Shown: piece after piece, positions 57,384-64,000 of the stretch
How the letters are laid out: each line of letters begins with the position of its first letter
Numbering within the stretch: the stretch's first letter is position 1
DNA from: Thermoplasmata archaeon
Lineage (GTDB): Archaea > Thermoplasmatota > Thermoplasmata > Lutacidiplasmatales > UBA184
DNA length: 64,000 nucleotides
NCBI GenBank assembly: GCA_035507575.1
Contig: DATJNY010000006.1
Location: 1,930-65,929 of the forward strand
Direction: 5' to 3'
Position numbers and translations under genes: made by a program
The notes under the pieces: generated by a model
Told to the model about the DNA's origin: nothing
Databases searched by the model: none
Seen by the model: the letters and a program-made list of their open reading frames with translations, nothing else

Positions 57384-58756
57384 ACCTCGACTCGCTGCGA
57401 GCGGACTTCCCCGCCCTGGAGGATCGGCCCGACCGGCCCGCGCCGGTGTATCTCGACTCGGCGTGCATGGCACTCGTTCCCCGCCCGGTCCTCCAAGCGA
57501 TGGAGGCGTACTACCGGGACTTCCCGGGCTGCGCCGGCCGGAGCCTCCACCGGTTCTCCGAAGAGGTCGGCCGTCGCTACGAAGCGTCGCGGTCCGCGTT
57601 CGCGCGATTTCTCGGACGTTCCGATCCCCGCGGCGTCGTCTTCGTCCGGAACGCGACCGAGGCGATCAACCTCGTCGGGCAGGGGCTCGATTGGAAGTCG
57701 GGGGATCGCGTGCTGGTCACCGACCGGGAACACAATTCGAACCTGATCGTCTGGCAACGGCTCGGGGTCGAACGGGGGATCCGACTGGAGACCCTCGCCC
57801 TTCCCGACGACGGGACGTTCGATGCCGAGGCCCTCGAAGCGGCGCTCGCGAGGGGCGTGCGCCTCGTGAGCTTCTTTCACACGTCGAACCTCGACGGGCG
57901 ATCGCTGCCGATCCGCGAGATCACGGAGCGCGCCCACGACCGAGGGGCGCTCGTCCTGTTCGACGGATGCCAGGCCGCGCCGCACCAGCGCGTCGAGCTC
58001 GACCGATGGGGGGTCGACTTCTACGCCGTGTCCGCCCACAAGATGCTCGGACCGACGGGGATCGGCATCCTTGCCGGTGCCCCGGGGCCGGTCGGGCAGC
58101 TGCGCCCGCTCCTCGTCGGGGGCGAGACGGTCGAGTGGAGCACGCTCACCGAGCACGCGCTCCGGCCCCCGCCGCATCGCTTCGAGGCCGGGCTCCAGAA
58201 TTACGCGGGCGTCATCGGCGCCCACGCGGCGCTCGACTATCTCGACCGCGTCGGCCTCGAGCAGATCGAGGCGCGCCAACGCGAGCTCAACGAGCACGTG
58301 ACCCGGGAACTGGCCGGGGAGCGCCGCCTCCGTCTCTTGGGCCCGACGTCCCCTCGGGAGCGGCCGAGCATCTTCGCCTTCGCGCTCGAGGGGATCGATC
58401 CCCACGACACCGCGGTGTTCCTCGACGAGGGGTACGACGTGATGGTCCGTTCGGGGATGCACTGCGTCCACTCCTTCTACGAGCGACGCGGCCTCCCCGG
58501 GAACGTGCGCGCCTCCTTCTACTTCTACAACCACCGGCCCGACGCGGACCGGCTCGTCCGCGGGATCCGGGAGCTCCTCGAACGGCTCGGACCCGGGCGC
58601 GTCAGCGGTACATCGGCTGCGAGCCCTGGGTCGGCGGCTCGCCCCGCCCGCGCTCGGCGGCGTGGCGCTGGATCGAAAGCAGCTGCTGCTCGATCCGCTC
58701 GGCCTCGGCGTAGAGCGGGACGGGGTCGAGCGGCGAGCGCAAGAGGATCTGGTTGA
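57380..58756 (+). CDS. Cysteine desulfurase-like class V aminotransferase
   Basis: The GTG at 57380 overlaps the upstream stop (GTGA). It has the PLP-Lys motif SAHKMLGPTG and the catalytic loop RSGMHCVHS. A C-terminal Arg/Ala-rich tail of about 55 aa is encoded antisense to the next gene. Confidence 0.85.
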   Translation: MNLDSLRADFPALEDRPDRPAPVYLDSACMALVPRPVLQAMEAYYRDFPGCAGRSLHRFSEEVGRRYEASRSAFARFLGRSDPRGVVFVRNATEAINLVGQGLDWKSGDRVLVTDREHNSNLIVWQRLGVERGIRLETLALPDDGTFDAEALEAALARGVRLVSFFHTSNLDGRSLPIREITERAHDRGALVLFDGCQAAPHQRVELDRWGVDFYAVSAHKMLGPTGIGILAGAPGPVGQLRPLLVGGETVEWSTLTEHALRPPPHRFEAGLQNYAGVIGAHAALDYLDRVGLEQIEARQRELNEHVTRELAGERRLRLLGPTSPRERPSIFAFALEGIDPHDTAVFLDEGYDVMVRSGMHCVHSFYERRGLPGNVRASFYFYNHRPDADRLVRGIRELLERLGPGRVSGTSAASPGSAARPARARRRGAGSKAAAARSARPRRRAGRGRAASARGSG

Positions 58757-59417
58757 TCGTCTCGATCACCTTCGCCGCCGCGCGCGCGTCCGGGTAATCC
58801 GACTGGGCCTCGGCGAGGAACGTCAGCACATCGAATCCGCGCCGGCGTCCCTCGTTGAGGAGGACCCCGGCAATGCCCGTGATGACGCCTTCGGCGAACG
58901 GCGTCATGTTCGGCTCGATGTAGAGCTCGCGGGCCTTCCGCGTGCTCGCCACCCCATAGACCTTGACGTCGTTGAGGCGCGGTCCGCGGCCGGTCTTGCC
59001 GCCGTGGGGGGCGGCTTCGACCACCAGGCCCTCGGGCGAGACGAGCAGGGAGCAGCGCTGCTCCTGGACCCAGTCGAGGATCGCCGTCGCGAGCGGGTGG
59101 ATCACGGTGGGCGCCGGGTGGAACTCGGAGACGAACGCCACGATCTTGTCGGCCCCCCGGCCCGCGCGGTCCGCGGGGGGACGGCCGGCGTAGATCCGGA
59201 CGGGGTGCTGCGGGTCGCCGTTGCGGATCAGGGAGACGGTGGGGAACGCCGGCGATTCGACGATCCCGATCTGCTGCATCTCGAGGGTGTCGATGAGATA
59301 GTTCGCCACGATCGAACTGACGAGGCCGACCGACGGAAAGCCGTCGATGACGATCGCGCCCTCGACGTCGACCCGTTTGATCTCGTAGATCCGGACTTGG
59401 TCCGGCGACATCGTCAT
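58602..59417 (-). CDS. PAC2 (proteasome assembly chaperone 2)-like family protein
   Basis: 271 aa from the ATG at 59417. IDGFPSVGLVSSIVANYLI is typical of the archaeal COG1938/PAC2 family. Confidence 0.6.
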   Translation of the reverse strand: MTMSPDQVRIYEIKRVDVEGAIVIDGFPSVGLVSSIVANYLIDTLEMQQIGIVESPAFPTVSLIRNGDPQHPVRIYAGRPPADRAGRGADKIVAFVSEFHPAPTVIHPLATAILDWVQEQRCSLLVSPEGLVVEAAPHGGKTGRGPRLNDVKVYGVASTRKARELYIEPNMTPFAEGVITGIAGVLLNEGRRRGFDVLTFLAEAQSDYPDARAAAKVIETINQILLRSPLDPVPLYAEAERIEQQLLSIQRHAAERGRGEPPTQGSQPMYR

Positions 59418-59419
59418 GT

Positions 59420-59779
59420 CTAGAGAGACCTCTCGACGATCTGGCCGAGCTCCTTCGAGACCAGGTCGACGAGGTTCTTCGTCAAAGCACGGCGGACGTC
59501 CGCCGGCAGGGCGTGGAGCCCCAGCCGCGCCGTCGCGGTCCCGACGCGCACCAGCGCGGCGTACTCGCTCGCCCGCGCCGCGAGAAGGTCCCGGACCGCT
59601 TCGCGCAGGTCCGCCTCGAGCTGCGGGTCTTCCTTCAGCGTCTTCTCGAGATGCCGTCGGATCTCGTCCTTGACGAGGTCGCGCGTGGCTTCGCGGACGA
59701 GTTCCTCGGGCCGCAAGAGGTCCCGGGTGCTCTTGACGAGCAGGTCGATCGGCTCGCCGGCCGATGAGCCTTCCGCCAT
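59420..59779 (-). CDS. Hypothetical small helical protein
   Basis: The ATG at 59779 lies 28 nt downstream of a CCTTAT box (59805..59810). About 119 aa with charged helices. It ends 2 nt before the PAC2-like gene. Confidence 0.35.
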   Translation of the reverse strand: MAEGSSAGEPIDLLVKSTRDLLRPEELVREATRDLVKDEIRRHLEKTLKEDPQLEADLREAVRDLLAARASEYAALVRVGTATARLGLHALPADVRRALTKNLVDLVSKELGQIVERSL

Positions 59780-59889
59780 CGGCCCGCGGAGTGGGGTCGC
59801 CCGCATAAGGGTTTGGTGGCCCGCGGCGCCGGCGCCCTCGCCCGGCGGACGACAACTCTTATCCTGCGGCCGCCCTCGGCGGCCGGCGT

Positions 59890-59990
59890 GGGCCGGTAGA
59901 TCAGCGGAAGATCGCTACCTTGGCAAGGTAGAGGTCGCGAGTTCAAAGGGGCGGGAGCCGGCTCCCGTCCGGAGAATCTCGCCCGGTCCA
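59890..59990 (+). tRNA. tRNA-Ala (anticodon GGC) with a 29-nt insertion in the T-loop (position 59/60)
   Basis: Hand-folded cloverleaf. The acceptor is GGGCCGG/CCGGTCC with a G3:U70 pair and A73. The D arm is GATC/GATC. The anticodon arm is CTACC-TTGGCAA-GGTAG (GGC at 59922..59924). The T stem is GCGAG/CTCGC, and its TTCAAA|T loop is split by 59948..59976. CCA is not encoded. A CTTATC box lies about 29 nt upstream. Confidence 0.75.
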
Positions 59991-60082
59991 CTTCTCCGAC
60001 CCCGAGGTCTTCGGCAGTTGTCGAGCGGACCCACCGACACGAAGGCTAGCGATTTATACCGCGCCCCGCCTGCCGCGCCTTC

Positions 60083-60760
60083 GTGGAAGCCGAGATCCGT
60101 GAGAAGATGGCGGGGGAGGTCGTCCTCTCTCCCCATCCCGGCCGAACCCTTCGAAAGTGGAGGGAGGACTTCGGGATCTCCCAACGGGACCTCGCGAAGC
60201 ATCTACAGACCGTCCCCTCGGTGATCAGCGACTACGAGTCGGAGCGGCGCGTCAGCCCCGGAGCGGGCTTCATCCGACGGTACGTCGACGCGCTCATCGC
60301 CGTGGATCAGGACCACGGCGGCAAGGTCGGCCAGCGTCTCGGCATGCACGCGCATTCCGACGGCATCCTGGGGATGCGGGAGTTCGCGGTCGCGATCCCG
60401 CTGAAGTCGTTCGCCGACCGGCTCGAGGCTCGCTCGGTCGGACGCGTCGACCTGCACCGGGACATCCATGGCTTCACGATCCTCGACGCGCCGCGCGCGA
60501 TCCTATCGATCGACGCCTCGCACTTCGTGGAAGTCTACGGATGGACGACCCAGCGGGCGCTCATCTTCTCCAACGTGAAGTACGGCCGCTCCCCGATGGT
60601 CGCGATCCGCGCCCACCCGCTCAAGCCCGCCGCGGTCGTCTTCGCCAACCCGGGTCGGGTCGACGCGCTCGCGATCCGTCTCTCCGAGGTTGAGAACATC
60701 CCCCTCCTGGTCACGAGCCTCTCCGCGCCGGCCGTACTGGAACGGCTCGAGGAGCTCTAG
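60083..60760 (+). CDS. HTH (XRE-like) transcriptional regulator with a C-terminal domain (COG1395-like)
   Basis: The HTH region is ISQRDLAKHLQTVPSVISDYESERR. The GTG at 60083 lies 28 nt downstream of a TTTATA box (60053..60058). An alternative ATG is at 60107. Confidence 0.6.
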   Translation: MEAEIREKMAGEVVLSPHPGRTLRKWREDFGISQRDLAKHLQTVPSVISDYESERRVSPGAGFIRRYVDALIAVDQDHGGKVGQRLGMHAHSDGILGMREFAVAIPLKSFADRLEARSVGRVDLHRDIHGFTILDAPRAILSIDASHFVEVYGWTTQRALIFSNVKYGRSPMVAIRAHPLKPAAVVFANPGRVDALAIRLSEVENIPLLVTSLSAPAVLERLEEL

Positions 60761-60778
60761 GCATACCGAGGAACCACA

Positions 60779-61831
60779 ATGGACGCAGGAATCGTCAGCT
60801 ACGGTGCGTACGTCCCGAGATATCGGATCACGCCGGCGGAGATCGGGCGAGTCTGGGGCGCCGACGGCGAAGGAATGGGCCAGGGGCTCAACGTGCATCG
60901 CAAGAGCGTGCCCGCCCCCGACGAGGACACGATCACGATCTCGACGGAAGCGCTTCGGACCGCCCTCATCCGCGGGGCGATCGACCCGCAGCAGATCGGG
61001 GCGATCTACGTCGGCTCGGAGTCCCACCCGTACGCGGTGAAGCCGACCGCCACGGTGGTCGCGCAAGCGGTCGGGTCGACACCGAACCTCACCGCCGCCG
61101 ACTTCGAGTTCGCCTGCAAAGCCGGCACCGCCGCGATCCAGACCTGCCTCGGCCTTGTCGGGGCGGGGATGGTGAAGTACGGCGTCGCGATCGGCAGCGA
61201 CACGAGCCAGGGCGCGCCGGGCGACGCGCTCGAATACTCCGCGAGCGCCGGAGGCGCCGCGTTCGTCATCGGCCGGGACCACGTCATCGCGCGGGTCGAG
61301 CAGACTCTCTCCTACACCACGGACACGCCCGACTTCTGGCGGCGCGAGGGCCAGCGGTATCCGAGCCACAGCGGGCGCTTCACCGGCGAGCCGGCGTACT
61401 TCCGTCACGAGACCGAGTGCGCCCGCCGCATCATGGAGGTCGCGGGCACCTCGCCCAAGGACTACCGCCACGTCGTCTTCCACCAGCCGAACGGCAAGTT
61501 CCCCCAGCGCGTAGGAAAGCAGCTCGGGTTCAACGAAGCGCAGATGCGCTACGGCCTCGTCACCCCGTACATCGGCAACACCTACTCGGGGGCCGCGCTG
61601 ATCGGCCTCGCGAACGTGCTCGACCACGCCGGGCCCGGCGAGCGGATCCTCATGGTCGGCTACGGCTCCGGCGCCGGATCCGACGCCTTCGACCTCACGA
61701 CCACCGAGGAGATCGCCCGGTTCGACCGCTCCTTCGGCCGCCCCGTCCAGACGTACCTCGACAACGGCGTCGAGCTCTCGTACGGGGTCTACGCGAAGTA
61801 CCGCGGGAAGATCCACATGGGAGGCAGCTGA
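60779..61831 (+). CDS. Hydroxymethylglutaryl-CoA synthase (archaeal type)
   Basis: The catalytic contexts are intact: GSESHPY (Glu), FEFACKAGT (Cys) and [10 protein letters not shown] (His). 350 aa. Confidence 0.9.
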   Translation: MDAGIVSYGAYVPRYRITPAEIGRVWGADGEGMGQGLNVHRKSVPAPDEDTITISTEALRTALIRGAIDPQQIGAIYVGSESHPYAVKPTATVVAQAVGSTPNLTAADFEFACKAGTAAIQTCLGLVGAGMVKYGVAIGSDTSQGAPGDALEYSASAGGAAFVIGRDHVIARVEQTLSYTTDTPDFWRREGQRYPSHSGRFTGEPAYFRHETECARRIMEVAGTSPKDYRHVVFHQPNGKFPQRVGKQLGFNEAQMRYGLVTPYIGNTYSGAALIGLANVLDHAGPGERILMVGYGSGAGSDAFDLTTTEEIARFDRSFGRPVQTYLDNGVELSYGVYAKYRGKIHMGGS

Positions 61832-61833
61832 CC

Positions 61834-63003
61834 GTGCGCGACGTCGCCGTGCTCGGCGTCGGCATGACGAAGTTCGGCGAGCTGTGGGACCGCTCGTTCC
61901 GGGAGATCGGGATCGAGGCGGGGCTCCAGGCGCTCGTCGATGCCCGACTCTCTTCGGGAGACCTCGGCGCGCTCTATCTCGGCAACATGGCCTCGGGCTC
62001 GCTGATCGACCAGGAGCACATCGGCCCGCTCATCCTCGACTACGCCGGTCTCGGATCCCGGCACCTCCCCGCGGTCCGGGTCGAGGGAGGCGGCGCCTCG
62101 GGCTCGCTCGCCCTGCACGCCGGCTATCTCGCCGTCGCGAGCGGGCAATACGACTTCGTGGTGGTCGGCGGCGCGGAGAAACTCACGGACGTCCCCGACG
62201 CGACGGGCAACCAGATCACCAGCGCCGCGGCCGACCATGAGTGGGAGGTCGTCTTCGGCGCGACCCTACCGGCGCTCTGGGCGTTGATCGCCCGCCGGCA
62301 CATGCACCAGTACGGCACCACGCGCGAGCAGCTCGCCCGCGTCGCGGTGCACGCGCACGAGATGGGGTCGAAGAACCCCAACGCGCACTATCGCAACAAG
62401 GTCACCCTCGAGCAGGTGCTCGGGGCCGGCCCGGTCGCCGAGCCGCTCGGCGTGTTCGATTGCGCCCCGCTCTCCGACGGGGCGGCGGCGGTCGTGCTCG
62501 GCCCCCTGGACGTCGCGAAGGAGCACACCGACCGACCGGTGCGGATCCTCGCGAGCGAGGTCGCGTCCGACACGATGGCCGTGCAGCACCGCCGGGACGT
62601 GACCACGCTCGACTCCACCGTCATCGCCGCCCGTCGCGCCTTCGAGCGCGCGCGGCGAGCGCCGGCGGACGTCGACGTCGCGGAGATCAACGACGCCTAC
62701 ACGATCAGCGCCCTGCTCGCGCTCGAGGACCTCGGGTTCTCCGAAAAGGGCCGCGGCGGCTTCGACTTCGCGACCGGTCGATATGGGCCCGGCGGCGAGG
62801 TGGCGATCAACATGTCCGGCGGCCTGAAGGCCCAGGGACGGCCGTTCGGCGCGGTCGGCGTGGCCCAGATCGTCGAACTCGTCCGCCAGCTCCGGGGCGA
62901 GGCGAAGGACCGCCAGGTGGCGGACGCCTCGATCGGACTCGCCCACGACGTCGGGGGGACCGGCGCGACGAGCGTGGTCACCCTCCTGGAGCGGACGAAC
63001 TGA
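61834..63003 (+). CDS. Thiolase-fold protein, paralogue B, catalytic fingerprints degenerate (possible pseudoenzyme)
   Basis: The GTG at 61834 is 3 nt after the HMGCS stop, with full-length thiolase similarity. However, it reads VEGGGASGS (Gly87 in place of Cys), EINDAYTIS (in place of HDCF) and QGRPFGAVG (in place of GHP). Confidence 0.85.
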   Translation: MRDVAVLGVGMTKFGELWDRSFREIGIEAGLQALVDARLSSGDLGALYLGNMASGSLIDQEHIGPLILDYAGLGSRHLPAVRVEGGGASGSLALHAGYLAVASGQYDFVVVGGAEKLTDVPDATGNQITSAAADHEWEVVFGATLPALWALIARRHMHQYGTTREQLARVAVHAHEMGSKNPNAHYRNKVTLEQVLGAGPVAEPLGVFDCAPLSDGAAAVVLGPLDVAKEHTDRPVRILASEVASDTMAVQHRRDVTTLDSTVIAARRAFERARRAPADVDVAEINDAYTISALLALEDLGFSEKGRGGFDFATGRYGPGGEVAINMSGGLKAQGRPFGAVGVAQIVELVRQLRGEAKDRQVADASIGLAHDVGGTGATSVVTLLERTN

Positions 63004-63012
63004 GGGGGGCCC

Positions 63013-63501
63013 ATGTCGATCGCACGTTTCTGGCGTGAGACCCCCCGGCGGTACAACCTCGGCGGATCGAAGTGCACGATGTGCGGGACCGTCTACTTCC
63101 CGCCCCGCTCGGTCTGCCCGACCTGCGCGCATCATCGCGAGTCGATCGGGAAGATGGTACCGTTCCAGCTCTCCGGCGACGGCGAGGTGTTCTCGTTCAC
63201 CATCGTCCACGAGCCGGCGGAAGGGTTCGAGATGCAGGTCCCGTACATCCTCGCCCTGGTCCGCACCGTCGAAGGACCCATCCTCACCGGCCAGGTCGTC
63301 GACCTGCTCCCCGACGAGGTCCGGATCGGGCTCAAGGTCCGGGCGACGTTCCGCAAGCTGCGGGAAGAGGGGAAGGCCGGCGTCATCCACTACGGGTACA
63401 AATTCGCCCCCGCCGACGACCTCCCTTCGCTCCCGCCCGGCGGCCCGAGGGCCGCGGCGGAGGCCTCGACTCGCGCCGAGGGCGACCGGGCACCGGCGTG
63501 A
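63013..63501 (+). CDS. DUF35 OB-fold / Zn-ribbon protein (thiolase/HMGCS scaffold), paralogue B
   Basis: A complete ribbon (CTMCG...CPTCAH) and an OB-fold (EVFSFTIVHE...ILALVRT). 162 aa. Confidence 0.85.
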   Translation: MSIARFWRETPRRYNLGGSKCTMCGTVYFPPRSVCPTCAHHRESIGKMVPFQLSGDGEVFSFTIVHEPAEGFEMQVPYILALVRTVEGPILTGQVVDLLPDEVRIGLKVRATFRKLREEGKAGVIHYGYKFAPADDLPSLPPGGPRAAAEASTRAEGDRAPA

Positions 63502-64000
63502 GCGCGCCCGAGCGACGGAACGGCGCCCCGCCTCCGCCCGACGAGGCGCCGCCGGGCGACGAGGAGTACGCGCGCACGTACGCCGCCGGCTACGAGGAGG
63601 GCGTCCGGAGCGGACTTCGCGAGGTCCTCCAGCACACGTCGCGCGGCCACACCGCTCAGGAGCTACGGATCCTCGTCGAGAGCCGGCTGGCCCGTCTCGA
63701 CGAGGAGGTCGAGGTGAAGCGTCGCAGCCTCCTCGGCCCACCGCGCCGTCCGGCGTGGAACTCGCTCCTGCGCGCGCCGCAACCCGCCCGCCCGTGGTCC
63801 CCACCGCTCGGCCCCGTCGCGACCGGAGCGATCCGGCTCGGGCCGGGCCGCAGCCTGCTCATCCGGGAGGAACGTCCCTCCCGCGCCGTCGAGATCCTCC
63901 GCGCGCACGTCCAGGAGTTCCCCCGGACTGTTCTCGTCTCGCTGCGACCTCCGGAGCTTCCGGCCCTCTCGAAAGAGCGCCGGGTCGACATCGTGCCGTC
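63498..64000 (+). CDS. Partial ORF running off the window end, possibly DUF835-like
   Basis: The GTG at 63498 overlaps the DUF35 stop (GTGA). The frame stays open to the window end with G/C-rich third positions. LLIREERPSRAVEIL...TVLVSLRPPELP resembles DUF835. It is absent from the track because no stop is seen. Confidence 0.35.
   Translation, partial: MSAPERRNGAPPPPDEAPPGDEEYARTYAAGYEEGVRSGLREVLQHTSRGHTAQELRILVESRLARLDEEVEVKRRSLLGPPRRPAWNSLLRAPQPARPWSPPLGPVATGAIRLGPGRSLLIREERPSRAVEILRAHVQEFPRTVLVSLRPPELPALSKERRVDIVP

Noticed and set aside
53341-58534. ORFs 53341..55248 (plus strand, antisense to dnaK), 55401..57473 (minus strand) and 57326..58534 (minus strand)
   Set aside because: They are antisense to DnaK, the HAD hydrolase, the M20 amidohydrolase and the cysteine desulfurase, all strongly motif-supported. 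They have shadow-ORF composition.
59890-60760. Integrated element at the tRNA-Ala gene
   Set aside because: There is no integrase, no direct repeat of the tRNA 3' end, and no compositional shift downstream. The adjacent HTH gene is followed immediately by core mevalonate-pathway genes.
60503-63804. Minus-strand ORFs 60503..61816 (437 aa) and 62266..63804 (512 aa)
   Set aside because: They are antisense to the HMGCS, thiolase B and DUF35 genes. They are Arg/Asp/Gly-rich with no motifs.

Overview
This is a high-GC (roughly 70% by eye) archaeal chromosomal segment. Archaeal markers include topoisomerase VI A/B, aEF-1beta, ribosomal protein eL41, an Sm protein, TiaS, a RaSEA-like radical SAM protein, AglB, geranylgeranyl reductase plus GGPP synthase, and the archaeal HMG-CoA synthase/thiolase/DUF35 operon. 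A fused HTH-riboflavin kinase, KatG and DnaK weakly suggest an uncultured Thermoplasmatota-like euryarchaeote (inference only). I support about 65 protein genes and one tRNA. I saw no rRNA, CRISPR array, transposase or integrase. Most content is housekeeping, and many long ORFs in the track are Arg/Gly/Pro-rich shadow ORFs antisense to or out of frame with real genes. Gene starts were refined using 4-nt ATGA/GTGA overlaps and a recurrent CTTAT/TTTATA box about 27-30 nt upstream of start codons (mostly leaderless transcripts). The observations most worth a second look are these. (1) The thiolase inside the HMGCS/thiolase/DUF35 operon has lost all three catalytic fingerprints, while an intact thiolase/DUF35 pair lies 25 kb away. 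(2) That intact pair is translationally coupled to a short-form IPMS/homocitrate-synthase + isomerase + dehydrogenase operon, divergent from a 2-oxoacid:ferredoxin oxidoreductase. (3) A 2198-aa AglB is fused to about 1300 aa of tandem sequon-rich beta-sandwich repeats with a C-terminal anchor, and is coupled to a small sequon-rich anchored protein. (4) A tRNA-Ala(GGC) carries a 29-nt insertion in the T-loop. (5) TiaS has no canonical in-frame start codon. (6) A lower-GC gene for a small secreted protein sits behind a palindromic TATA element. All family calls rest on motifs recognised by eye. No database search, HMM search, fold prediction or composition statistic was run.
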